Shown here piece by piece: positions 26,340 to 36,749 of a stretch of DNA of 64,000 nt; position 1 is the stretch's first letter, and each line of letters starts with the position of its first letter. The notes below the pieces were generated by a model. The model was not told where the DNA came from. It searched no databases and worked only from the letters and a program-made list of their open reading frames with translations. Position numbers and translations under genes: made by a program. The stretch covers positions 1 to 64,000 of the IMG/VR virus record IMGVR_UViG_3300017784_005363, one strand, 5' to 3'. The DNA is from a virus. Taxonomy: Duplodnaviria; Caudoviricetes.

Positions 26340-26609
26340 ATGGGAGAAGCATTATCAAGAGCAACCTTTAAACAAAAAGAGATTGACACTATTCCTAAAG
26401 GAGCAAAAGTCTTATCTAAAGATGTGTCAATAACAGTAGAAGAAATTGAAAATGGATTTTTAGTTTCTAAATCTACTGAAGTAAAATATCAATATGATAA
26501 AAGAACAGATTATTCTTATCATACAAAGAAATATTTTGCAAAGGAGAATCCATTAGAATTAGATATGGATAAAATATCAGATAAATCATTAGCAGATAAT
26601 TTTGAATAA
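26340..26609 (+). CDS. Hypothetical protein (89 aa)
   Basis: Contains VEEIENGFLV; lies inside the operon. Confidence 0.7.
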   Translation: MGEALSRATFKQKEIDTIPKGAKVLSKDVSITVEEIENGFLVSKSTEVKYQYDKRTDYSYHTKKYFAKENPLELDMDKISDKSLADNFE

Positions 26610-26610
26610 T

Positions 26611-27549
26611 ATGTCAGAAATGCAATATACATCAATCAATACAGTACTTGGTAAATTTTATAGAGATTTAAGAGGTAATGAAATTAGTGAGTCAGACCTT
26701 ATAGAATGGACTGGTGAAGCTTTAGAATTTCTAAAGGTGAATCAGATTCAGGAACAAGCTATTGCCTTTCTTGAAGTAAAAGATTTTCATGCTGAGATAC
26801 CAAAAGGATTTCAAATGGTATTACAAATTGCCAGAAATAATAGATGGGTAGAAGAAGAAAAAGAAAGCTGTACTCCATGTGTGGTAATTGATGCAATAGA
26901 AGAAGAAGTTCCTGGTTGTTGTACTGGCACTATAGTTACAGATTGTAATGGATTTGTAATTGAAAATAATAACATAGTTGATTATAAACCTTATTTTGAT
27001 TTAAGATTTAATTATCAACCTTGGATTAATAGTTACTATTATAGAAGTAATTATACACCTGTAAGATTAAGTAATCATACTTTATTCAATTCAATTGTTT
27101 GCAAAGAAAAAGTTGATGAATGTATAGGATGTGTAGATGAATATACTATTGTAGGTTTACAAGAAAAAAGAATTAGAACTTCATTTCAAAATGGTTCTAT
27201 TGCAATGGCATATTTAAAAAATGCTATTGATGATGAAACAGGTTATCCTTTAATCCCAGACCAAATATCATATATTACTGCTATTGTTTATTATATACAA
27301 TGGAAAATAGCACAAATGTATGACTGGAATGGTAGAGAAGGTTATGCTAGAATATCTCAAGATAAAGAAAGACTTTGGACTAGATATGCTAAACAAGCTA
27401 AGAACTATGCTAAGATGCCTAAATCATTAGATGATTATCAAGACCTTTTAGAACAGTCACATTATTTAATTCCTAACCATAAAAAATACTATGGTTTCTT
27501 TGGTAATCTTTCAAGAACAGAACATTTACCTTTTAAATATAATACTTAA
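26611..27549 (+). CDS. Tail tubular / ring protein (about 312 aa)
   Basis: ISESDLIEWTGEAL and DDETGYPLIPD motifs; immediately upstream of the stabilisation protein as in crAss-like phages. Confidence 0.72.
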   Translation: MSEMQYTSINTVLGKFYRDLRGNEISESDLIEWTGEALEFLKVNQIQEQAIAFLEVKDFHAEIPKGFQMVLQIARNNRWVEEEKESCTPCVVIDAIEEEVPGCCTGTIVTDCNGFVIENNNIVDYKPYFDLRFNYQPWINSYYYRSNYTPVRLSNHTLFNSIVCKEKVDECIGCVDEYTIVGLQEKRIRTSFQNGSIAMAYLKNAIDDETGYPLIPDQISYITAIVYYIQWKIAQMYDWNGREGYARISQDKERLWTRYAKQAKNYAKMPKSLDDYQDLLEQSHYLIPNHKKYYGFFGNLSRTEHLPFKYNT

Positions 27550-27551
27550 TA

Positions 27552-30500
27552 ATGGAAGTAAATAATAATATTTCAGAAAATATTGGTGGATTGCATTCAG
27601 ATGCTTCACCACAAAATCAACCTAAAGGTTCTCAAAGATTTGCATTAAATGTAGTCAATGAATCTGAACATGGTGATGAACCTTATAGAAGTAATGAAGA
27701 AAGTAATGAAGTATGTACTTATTTAAAAGAAGATTTCATTCCTCTTGATAAATGTTACATTGGTAATAAAGAGGTTATTGTTTTCTCTGTAAAAAAAGAT
27801 AATAGTATTTCAGAAATTGGAATTCTAAGTAATTCTTGTGTATATACTGTACATGTAAATGATGAATTTTCTACAGATAAATTAGGTTTTACTGTAGAAC
27901 ATCAAATTAATTCTACTTATAGATTAAGAAGAGGATGTGAAAGAACTGTTTATTGGACAGATGATAATGAGAAACCAAGATACTACAATTTTGATAAACC
28001 AGAAGATTTTAAAGATAAACTTAGTGGTGAATGGGAAGCAACAAAATTTAACTTATTTAAAGAGTATAGTAAAATTCCTGAATTTAGAGCTGTTGAAGTT
28101 TTAGATTCTGGGGGTAACTTAAAATCAGGTAGTTATAACATGTCAATTAGATATGTAGATGAAGGTTTAAATCCTTCTGAATGGATTATAACTTCACCTA
28201 TTATTAATATTTATAATGATTTAAAATCAGAAGCTTTTCTTAATATTAGAGGAAGTATTACTTCTGATGTAGATTATCTTAATTTTCCAATATCATCTAA
28301 AGCAATTAGAGTGGAATTTGATAACTTAGATGACAATTATCCATTCTATCAAATTGCATTTATAGAAGCTACTAATGGAAGTGGAATGGTTTCAGATGTT
28401 AAATACACTGATACTATACCAACTTCTAAAGACTTCTATATTTATACTGGAGATAATATTACAGTTAATGGAACTGAAGAAGAAATTTTATTCTTTAATG
28501 AGATTATTTATAGAGCAAATTCTATTGAACAAATAGAAAATAGATTATTACTTGCAAATACAGAAGGTAAAAATGTTGATTTTTGTAAACTTCAAAAATA
28601 TGCAAGTAGAATAAAAGCTGATGTTGTAACTAAAAAAGTTATTGTAAATGATATAAATGACCCTAGGAATACTAAGAATCCTACTATGCATTTTGGAGAT
28701 ATGATTACAGGAGGTACAGGTTATATGCCAGGTGAGATATATTCATTTGGTATTAATTATGTATTTACTGATGGCTCTATGAGTCCAACTTATCATATAC
28801 CAGGAAAGAATCCTTCTATACATCCTTCAACTATATTTACTTCTGGTCCAGCTACATATCCAATGAGTCAGAATAATGAGAGTCAAAACAATACTTATAT
28901 TGATAATGACAATTGTTCTTCTAATGACTACTGGGGATTAGATTCAGAAGGTGATAGTTTATCAGGGAGACCTGTTAGACATCATAGATTTCCTTTAAGA
29001 AGTGAAATAGGTTTATCATTAATAACTGAAGAAGCAGCTACACCTCAAACATTTCCATATTTTAAATTACAATTTAATGCTAATGGAACAACTCCATTAC
29101 CTTGTACACAAGATATGATTGATGCTGGAGAATGTGGTGCTATTGTTGTAGCTCCTCCTTTTCAAGCTAGAGTTAGTTTCACTGTTGATGGAAGTCCAGA
29201 AACATTAGTAATGAATATTGATACTAATATAATTTCTAATCCAGTTAATGTAACTGTATTATCAAATTTATATAGTTCAAATGCAATTGTTATTACAGGT
29301 ATTGAAGAGTCTGATGGTGCAGGAGGTTTCTATGATGTACTTTCTTATCCTTCAGCTAAAGGTTTAACTTATTCAACCAATGTTATTCCAGCTGATTTTA
29401 CTACAGAAGGTAAAATATTTTCAACAGAAATTCTAGGTATTAAATTTTCTGGTGTTGATTTACCTAGTTTAGTAGATACTAATGGTAATGAAGTTATTGG
29501 TTATTATATTGTAAGAAATGATAGAGTTGAAAATGAAAAGACTATTTTAGATAGTGCTGTTTTAACTCCAAGTTTAAAAAATAATAAATATATATCACAT
29601 GGATTACTACAACCAGTAGTTGACCCAAATAGAATAAGTAAAGATGTATTTGGAATGATACATCCAGAACATAAATTTAATGAAAGAGAATATACTAATT
29701 ATACAAGTATTATACAAGAAGGTAATTTCCAAATTGTAAAAAGAAATTATAGTAAGATTAGATATAATGATTGTTTTGATGGTTCATCTTATGATAGTAG
29801 TATTCATAAAGAAGGTAATGATGATGGTAATAATTTAGATGGATGGGGTGTAACTAGTTTCAATAGAGACCAATATACTCATTTTGTTCCTAGAACTAAT
29901 TTTGAAATAGACCAAACTCAAATAAAAGAAAAATTTTATTTAAAAGCTTTACAAAGTAGAGATATAAATGATGGTGCAAATGCTGTATATAATATTGCAG
30001 GTGATAATAGAGTAGGAATGATTCAATTAAAAGCAAACAATTTAATTAATCCTATAACAGAAAACTTACCTTATGTATTATTAAAAAGAGATATTGCTGA
30101 TTCATATTCAACATTTAGAACTTTACCTTATTATAAAGATAGTATCAATATGGAAACAGCTGATACTGCTAGTATTTTTAGTGGTGATACTTATGTAGCA
30201 CCTATGAGATATACTAATTCAATTTGGTGGGATAATAGACCAGCAGAAAGAGCTGGTAAAACTTCTGTATGGAATTATATCATTGGTGGTATTTTAATTG
30301 TTATTGGAGCTATCTTATTAATTTTTGGAGGTTCTGGTGCAATTGTTATTGGAGCAGGTATTGCTATTATTGGTGGTGGAGCTTTATTCATTTCTTCAGG
30401 TATTGAAAGAGATGCTTTAGTAAAAGCTTATCAAGAAGAATATTCTAAAGGTTTAAGGGAAACAGCATTAGATAATATTACTCAATTAATCTATAGAGAT

Positions 30501-33275
30501 AATGTTTCTCTATGGGGAACTGTTGGTGAACCTTATACAACTAATGGACCTTCAGATGATGAGATACAATGGATTGGAGATACTGTTACAGACCTTTGGT
30601 TTGAATCACAAGTTAATATTTCATTAAGACATAAAATGACTTCTGATGTACCTACATTTTTAGATGCACCAGGAGTAATGGAAACAGGTAATTCAGACCC
30701 TTATATTGGTTGGGAATTTTTTGGTAAGTGGTATGAAAATTCAGTATCAAGATACCCAATATCTAAAATGGATAATCATATGGCTAAGAAATTACTTGCT
30801 TACAATTCTAATAGAAAAGATAATAGACAATATATTGGACATTCATTAGGAGAGTGGTATAAAGTAAATCCTGATTTTCATAGAAAAAATACTCAAAAAA
30901 TATTCTATCATTTACCATTAGAATATGATTGTTGTTCAGATTGTAAAGAAGACTTTCCACATAGATGGCATTGGTCAGAACAATCTTTCCAAGAAGAATT
31001 GACTGATAATTATAGAACATTTTTACCTAATAATTATAAAGATTTAGAAGGTGAGACTGGTGAAATTACTAATGTATTTAAAATTGGTAATAATTTATTT
31101 ATGCACACACAGGAAGCACTATGGCAAATTCCTAGAAATTATCAAGAAAGAGTAACAGACCAAATTGTATCTTTTATTGGTACAGGTTCTTATGGAGAAA
31201 TTCCAGCTCAGAAAGTATTAGATGATGATACAGGTAGTAGTGCAGGTTCACAACATAAATGGGGAATGATTAAAACTCCTAATGGTGTATTTTTTCCTAG
31301 TGAAAGTCAAAGAAAAATATATCAATTTGATGGTAAACAATTAAAACCTATTAGTAATATAGGAATATCAAATTGGTTTCAAAATAATATGAAATTAGCT
31401 GTAGATGAACAATACTACAATGCTAAACAAACATTATATCCATATAGAAATAATCCATCTAACCCATTTGGTTCTGGTTTTATTTCAACATATGACACAA
31501 CTAAAGAAAGAATTATATTTACTAAAAAAGATTTCTTATTAAGTCAAGAAGTAGTGGGTAATGAAGATTTTGAGATTTGTGTGAATAGTGGACAGATGAC
31601 AATATTTCCTGATTTTGGTCAAACAATAAATGACCAAGCTTTATTAGGTTGGAATTATGTAGGTATTGAAAATTGTAAATTAAAATTTGAAAAAACAAAA
31701 ATAGTAACAACTACAGAAACAAGACAAATTGTTCTTAATGTTCCTAATAATGCTGACATTATTATATGGTTAGATACATCAGGAAGTTTTGATACTTCAG
31801 CAAGAAATCAAATTAAAAGTGCTGTTAATAGTTGGTTAGTAGGTTTTGGTGCATCTAATCCAAATTGGGTAGGTAATTTACATTTTATTGAAGCTCCTGG
31901 TGCTGGTGGTGGACAAACTGAAAGATGGATGGATGCTTTAAGATATACAAGAGATACTATTTATGGAGGAAATGTAAATGGAAAAAATATCATTTTAGTA
32001 AACTTTGTTAATGAATCTACTCCTGAATATCATACTGCATCATTTGATGGTAATATTGATAATCCTTCTGTAGAATATTTAAATGATTATAATGCTTTTG
32101 TTAATATTCATGATAATGAAATTATAGCTAATGGTGGAAGTTTTATTGGATTATCTTATCCAATTGTATTTACTGCACAAGCTAATTTAACTAGTGAATT
32201 TTTAAAGACAGTATTAGCAGCTGTAAAAGGTATTAGTTATGGTACAACAGCTTTTGGAATATTAACTCCAAATCCTGCTTGTCCAAGTTGGGCTATAATG
32301 GAAACAGCTTTAAAAGGTACAAATCCTTATCCTGATAATGGTATTGGAGGTTTAGACCAATATGGTTGGAATGTTATTACTAATAGATTTTATAATGGTT
32401 CAGGAGCAATTATAACTGCTGAAAATTTTCAAGAAGATATGAAAGTTTTTCTTGAATCTAATTCAACTGTTGAAACTATTGAAGTAGAAGTAAGTAACCA
32501 GGAAACAGAATATATGTATATAGATGGAGTACCAGTTGAAGACCCATTAGAATTGGAAAATTCTTGGACTATTAGTTTCTCGTTGAAACAAAACACTTGG
32601 GTATCTTGGCATTCTTATTTACCTAATTTCTATATCAATGTTCCAGATAAATTTTATTCTTGGAAATATGGTAGTGATGCAATTTGGAAACATAATAAGA
32701 AAGGTCATTATCAAACTTTTTATGGAAAATTATATCCTTTTATTTTAGAATATGTTTCTTTATCAAATCTATTAAGTACAAGAATTTGGGATTACTTAAC
32801 ATTTTTAGTAGAAAGTAAAAGATTTGATTTTACTACAAATGAATTTGTAGATGTTAATGATGTATTTTTTAACAAGTTGATAGCTTATAATTCAAGACAA
32901 TGTACTGGATTATTAAATACTAAACTTAAAAATAACTATTTAACAGAAAATTATTTATATCAACAAGTTGAAAATTTAACTGGTAATGAAATATTAGTTG
33001 ACAGAAATGAAAGAAATTGGAGTCTTAATGAGCTGAGAGATGTGAGAACAGATTACAGTAAACCAATATTTATTTCTGAATTAAGTTCATTACAAAATGA
33101 ATACTTTATTGATAAAATTGTAAATACTGCAACAATTAACTTTGACAAGGATTGGACACAGCTTGAAAGTTTTAGAGATAAATATTTGGTAGTTAGATTA
33201 ATATTTGATAAATTTGCTGATACTAAAATGATAATGAATTTTTCAGTTGAAAATGAAACACAATCTTTTAGATAA
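27552..33275 (+). CDS. Tail stabilisation / muzzle protein with inserted domains (1907 aa)
   Basis: Beta-propeller-type N-terminus (VYWTDDNEKPRY), FPHRWHWSE, DLEGETGEIT, GSQHKWGMIKTPNG, WVSWHSYLP and RDKY motifs; position before the cargo genes. Confidence 0.82.
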   Translation: MEVNNNISENIGGLHSDASPQNQPKGSQRFALNVVNESEHGDEPYRSNEESNEVCTYLKEDFIPLDKCYIGNKEVIVFSVKKDNSISEIGILSNSCVYTVHVNDEFSTDKLGFTVEHQINSTYRLRRGCERTVYWTDDNEKPRYYNFDKPEDFKDKLSGEWEATKFNLFKEYSKIPEFRAVEVLDSGGNLKSGSYNMSIRYVDEGLNPSEWIITSPIINIYNDLKSEAFLNIRGSITSDVDYLNFPISSKAIRVEFDNLDDNYPFYQIAFIEATNGSGMVSDVKYTDTIPTSKDFYIYTGDNITVNGTEEEILFFNEIIYRANSIEQIENRLLLANTEGKNVDFCKLQKYASRIKADVVTKKVIVNDINDPRNTKNPTMHFGDMITGGTGYMPGEIYSFGINYVFTDGSMSPTYHIPGKNPSIHPSTIFTSGPATYPMSQNNESQNNTYIDNDNCSSNDYWGLDSEGDSLSGRPVRHHRFPLRSEIGLSLITEEAATPQTFPYFKLQFNANGTTPLPCTQDMIDAGECGAIVVAPPFQARVSFTVDGSPETLVMNIDTNIISNPVNVTVLSNLYSSNAIVITGIEESDGAGGFYDVLSYPSAKGLTYSTNVIPADFTTEGKIFSTEILGIKFSGVDLPSLVDTNGNEVIGYYIVRNDRVENEKTILDSAVLTPSLKNNKYISHGLLQPVVDPNRISKDVFGMIHPEHKFNEREYTNYTSIIQEGNFQIVKRNYSKIRYNDCFDGSSYDSSIHKEGNDDGNNLDGWGVTSFNRDQYTHFVPRTNFEIDQTQIKEKFYLKALQSRDINDGANAVYNIAGDNRVGMIQLKANNLINPITENLPYVLLKRDIADSYSTFRTLPYYKDSINMETADTASIFSGDTYVAPMRYTNSIWWDNRPAERAGKTSVWNYIIGGILIVIGAILLIFGGSGAIVIGAGIAIIGGGALFISSGIERDALVKAYQEEYSKGLRETALDNITQLIYRDNVSLWGTVGEPYTTNGPSDDEIQWIGDTVTDLWFESQVNISLRHKMTSDVPTFLDAPGVMETGNSDPYIGWEFFGKWYENSVSRYPISKMDNHMAKKLLAYNSNRKDNRQYIGHSLGEWYKVNPDFHRKNTQKIFYHLPLEYDCCSDCKEDFPHRWHWSEQSFQEELTDNYRTFLPNNYKDLEGETGEITNVFKIGNNLFMHTQEALWQIPRNYQERVTDQIVSFIGTGSYGEIPAQKVLDDDTGSSAGSQHKWGMIKTPNGVFFPSESQRKIYQFDGKQLKPISNIGISNWFQNNMKLAVDEQYYNAKQTLYPYRNNPSNPFGSGFISTYDTTKERIIFTKKDFLLSQEVVGNEDFEICVNSGQMTIFPDFGQTINDQALLGWNYVGIENCKLKFEKTKIVTTTETRQIVLNVPNNADIIIWLDTSGSFDTSARNQIKSAVNSWLVGFGASNPNWVGNLHFIEAPGAGGGQTERWMDALRYTRDTIYGGNVNGKNIILVNFVNESTPEYHTASFDGNIDNPSVEYLNDYNAFVNIHDNEIIANGGSFIGLSYPIVFTAQANLTSEFLKTVLAAVKGISYGTTAFGILTPNPACPSWAIMETALKGTNPYPDNGIGGLDQYGWNVITNRFYNGSGAIITAENFQEDMKVFLESNSTVETIEVEVSNQETEYMYIDGVPVEDPLELENSWTISFSLKQNTWVSWHSYLPNFYINVPDKFYSWKYGSDAIWKHNKKGHYQTFYGKLYPFILEYVSLSNLLSTRIWDYLTFLVESKRFDFTTNEFVDVNDVFFNKLIAYNSRQCTGLLNTKLKNNYLTENYLYQQVENLTGNEILVDRNERNWSLNELRDVRTDYSKPIFISELSSLQNEYFIDKIVNTATINFDKDWTQLESFRDKYLVVRLIFDKFADTKMIMNFSVENETQSFR

Positions 33276-33303
33276 AGATTAATCTGAACCAATAAAGATT
33301 AAA

Positions 33304-35130
33304 ATGAAAAGAAAAAAAATTAAATCTAAATTACCAAAATATGAATTTGGTACTTATATAGAAAATCCAAACACTACTCTTGCAGAGAATCAAATAGCAA
33401 TGGTTAGAGCAAAACAAAAAGCAGCGTCTAATCCCTGGGTTAAGGGGTTAGATGTTTTTGGTAATCTAGCTATGCAAGTTGGAACATCAATGATGAACAA
33501 AGGTGCAGCTAATGGTGAAGGTGCTGATGGTAAAGGTGTAGCTGGTTTCTTATCTGAGAACAATGGTCTTATGAATGGAATGCTAGGTGCAACTACAGCT
33601 ATGGGTAATACAGGTGGATTTGCTTATGGTGGTAAAGTTCCAGTAGAAGTTGAAGGACAGGAAGTTGGTGAAACTCCTTCTGGAGAACTAATGGAATTTA
33701 ATGGACCTTCTCATGAAGCTGGTGGTATTCCAATAGGTTTACCAGAAGGTACAGAAATCTATTCTAAAAGAATCAAGGTTGATGGTGTATCTATGGCAGA
33801 TAGAAAAAAGAAAAGAGAAAATAAAGCTGTTTCATTAGAATCATTACTTGAAAAGAATAAGACAGATAATTTAGTTAAAAATTCTTTAGAGAGAACAAAA
33901 GAAGTTAATGCTTTTGAAGAAGATGCTGATAATAAAATACAACAAGTTGTAAAACAATTATTAGATTCTCAAGAAGCTCCAAAAACTAAATTTAAACAAC
34001 ATGCTTATGGTAATACTGTTGGTGGTGGAGATGACCCATTTGCTAAAGTTAAATATTATGATAAGTTAAGTACTAATGAATTTGGACCTTACTTTCAAAA
34101 ATATATGACTGAAGTTGGTAAATCAGATTTAGATTGGAGTAATCCTCAAACTATGAAAGATTATCAATCTCATATTGGATTAACAGGTGAACAAGTAGAT
34201 GGTATGCCAGGCACAATAACTTTTGGAAATTCAATTGGGAAGTATGGTAAAACTCCTGGATTCAATCCTGGTTCTACTACACCTAATCCTGATATTAATT
34301 TTGATGCAATAAATAATAAATTTAATACTTTACCAATCAGTGATGATGCTAGATTAGGTGAAGTTACAAATAGAGCTTATAATCCTAGTCCTGTGGCTGG
34401 TGGAGGAACAGGTGTTGATGATGGAAGTGATGGCACTACCTCCACCCCTACAGGTAAAAGTTTTGATGATATGTTTGGAATGACTGCTGGAGATGCAGTA
34501 GGTATCTTTGGAAATTTATATCAAGCTTTTGCACCAGCAAAAGAAACTGAGAGAAATAGAGCAGGTGATACTCCTAACATAAATGCTTTTAAAGATTATG
34601 GTAAAGAAGGTTTAGAAACTTTAGATTCTACAAAACAATATGTTAATCAAGTTAGAGATGAAAAATTAACTGATTTAGAATTATCAAGAACTGCTGGAAT
34701 TAAAAGAGGAAGAAATTCTGCTAGAGGTGTTAATACATTAAGAGCTTTAGATTTAGCAACTGATGCAAATGTTAATAATACTAAAGCAGATACATATAGT
34801 CAGTTTGCTCAAGAGATGATGTCAATTCTTGGACAAGAAGCTGGAATGGAAAATCAAAGAGATAGAGTTGTAATGGAAGGTGAACAACTTAGAGATGAAA
34901 ATGATAGAAAAGATAGAGATAATTATTTTTCTCAAAGAGCAACTGATAAAGCAGCTATTGGAGAAGGACTTACAAAAACTGGTGGCTCTATGAATGAAAT
35001 CAAACAAAGAAATATGACAGAAAATTTGATTAATCAATTATCAAATTATGGTATCACAATTGATGAGCATGGTAATTTACAAGATAAAAAATCAGCTCCT
35101 AAAAAATTAACTAAAAAGAAAAAGAGATAA
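33304..35130 (+). CDS. Virion cargo / ejection protein 1 (608 aa)
   Basis: FAYGG...VEVEGQE...GPSHEAGGI motif typical of crAss-like cargo proteins; Gly-rich and coiled-coil regions. Confidence 0.72.
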   Translation: MKRKKIKSKLPKYEFGTYIENPNTTLAENQIAMVRAKQKAASNPWVKGLDVFGNLAMQVGTSMMNKGAANGEGADGKGVAGFLSENNGLMNGMLGATTAMGNTGGFAYGGKVPVEVEGQEVGETPSGELMEFNGPSHEAGGIPIGLPEGTEIYSKRIKVDGVSMADRKKKRENKAVSLESLLEKNKTDNLVKNSLERTKEVNAFEEDADNKIQQVVKQLLDSQEAPKTKFKQHAYGNTVGGGDDPFAKVKYYDKLSTNEFGPYFQKYMTEVGKSDLDWSNPQTMKDYQSHIGLTGEQVDGMPGTITFGNSIGKYGKTPGFNPGSTTPNPDINFDAINNKFNTLPISDDARLGEVTNRAYNPSPVAGGGTGVDDGSDGTTSTPTGKSFDDMFGMTAGDAVGIFGNLYQAFAPAKETERNRAGDTPNINAFKDYGKEGLETLDSTKQYVNQVRDEKLTDLELSRTAGIKRGRNSARGVNTLRALDLATDANVNNTKADTYSQFAQEMMSILGQEAGMENQRDRVVMEGEQLRDENDRKDRDNYFSQRATDKAAIGEGLTKTGGSMNEIKQRNMTENLINQLSNYGITIDEHGNLQDKKSAPKKLTKKKKR

Positions 35131-36728
35131 TGGGAAGATTTTATCAAACAGCAAAAAGAGAGTTTGTAGATAATTTCATTTATCAACCTCCAGTAGAACT
35201 GATGGCAAAAGTAATAGGTAATGCAGATAAACAAGTATTAGATACTGAGACTGAAGCATTAGCTATATATGATAAATTAAAAGCTCAAGGTTTAAAAGCA
35301 GATGAACCAAGATTACAAGAAATTATACAAGGTTATCAATCTCAGATTGAAGACCTTTCTGGTGTTATGCAAAAAAGTCCTTTAGAATTTAGAAAGGAAA
35401 TTGGTAAGATTAGAAATCTAAGTAGAACTATTGGTAATGATTGGAGTAGTCAAGGTGAAGTTGGAAAAATTCAAGAACAGTATGCAGCTAGAAATGCTTA
35501 TGCAAAAGAATTACAAGATGGTGTTGAAAAAGGTAAAATTTTACAAGAAAATGCTACACAAGCTTTACAAAAATTTGATAACGAGTATCAGGGTGTAAAT
35601 TATAAAAGTGCAAGTGAATATAATAGATACAATTCTGAAAATTTAAATGAATATGTAGATGCAGATAAAATTGCAGATGAAATAGGTGAAGGCTGGAAAG
35701 CTGATGTAAAATCTAAAGGTTATGATTATGCAGATGGACAATGGGTTAGAACAGTAAATGGAAAAAGAGAAGTAGCTGATGAAACAGAAATTCAAGATTC
35801 TATTCAAAGAACTTTATTAAAAAATGAAAAAGTAAGAGCTTACTATGACCAGCAACAAAGATTAGGTTTTATGTCTCCTGAACAATTTGCACAAAAAATT
35901 GGAAATACAGCTAGTGTTTATTCTAAGAAACATGGATATGTTAAACAAGAAGATGAAACTAGAATGAAAGAAAATAGTAATTATTGGGCAGAACTTAGTT
36001 GGAATAAAGCTATACAAGAAGAAGAAATGTTAAAAGCTTTAGAAACAAATAAAGAAACTGGAGAAATATATGGTAATAGTGTAGCACAAGATATGGCTGA
36101 AGAAGAATGGTTAACTAAATTAGGAAGTGGAGTTACTAATTCTATTTCTGGTAAACCTTATAAGTTTAACGATGTAAGTCATGCTATAGATATTTTACAA
36201 AAATCTTATGATAAAAAACCTTCTCCTGCTTTATTAGCCAAATTAAATGAAGCTAAAGGAATTAAAGCTAAAACATTAAGTATGTCTAAAGCTACTTGGG
36301 CTCCTTTATATGAAAAAGGTTTCTCTGTAGCTGCTGTAGATAAATTAAAAGAAAAAGTTGATGAAGATTTTCTTGCAAATGGTTTAAGTTATAAATATAG
36401 ATTACCTAAATTACAAATTATGGATGTAAATAATAAATTATATAATTCAAAATTAAAAGATGACTATCAAGAATTTACACCAAAAAATCTAGTTAATAAA
36501 AAAATGATATTACCTTCTGGGCAACAAGTAACAATTACTAATGTAAGACTTGTACCTAAATCAATAAAACCTATTCTTATTAATGGTATAGTAAATAATA
36601 AATCTATTAATAATAATGATGCTCACTCTACATTACAATTTGTATATATGGATGGAGAAGAAGAAAAAACATTTAATCAAACAGCATTCTATAACATGCA
36701 ACAATCACAAGGTTTTGCATTTGACTAA
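35130..36728 (+). CDS. Virion cargo / ejection protein 2 (532 aa)
   Basis: MGRFYQT...YQPPVELM N-terminus, helical composition, position between cargo 1 and RNAP; TAATG coupling. Confidence 0.68.
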   Translation: MGRFYQTAKREFVDNFIYQPPVELMAKVIGNADKQVLDTETEALAIYDKLKAQGLKADEPRLQEIIQGYQSQIEDLSGVMQKSPLEFRKEIGKIRNLSRTIGNDWSSQGEVGKIQEQYAARNAYAKELQDGVEKGKILQENATQALQKFDNEYQGVNYKSASEYNRYNSENLNEYVDADKIADEIGEGWKADVKSKGYDYADGQWVRTVNGKREVADETEIQDSIQRTLLKNEKVRAYYDQQQRLGFMSPEQFAQKIGNTASVYSKKHGYVKQEDETRMKENSNYWAELSWNKAIQEEEMLKALETNKETGEIYGNSVAQDMAEEEWLTKLGSGVTNSISGKPYKFNDVSHAIDILQKSYDKKPSPALLAKLNEAKGIKAKTLSMSKATWAPLYEKGFSVAAVDKLKEKVDEDFLANGLSYKYRLPKLQIMDVNNKLYNSKLKDDYQEFTPKNLVNKKMILPSGQQVTITNVRLVPKSIKPILINGIVNNKSINNNDAHSTLQFVYMDGEEEKTFNQTAFYNMQQSQGFAFD

Positions 36729-36749
36729 AAATAATTATAAAAACTAAAT

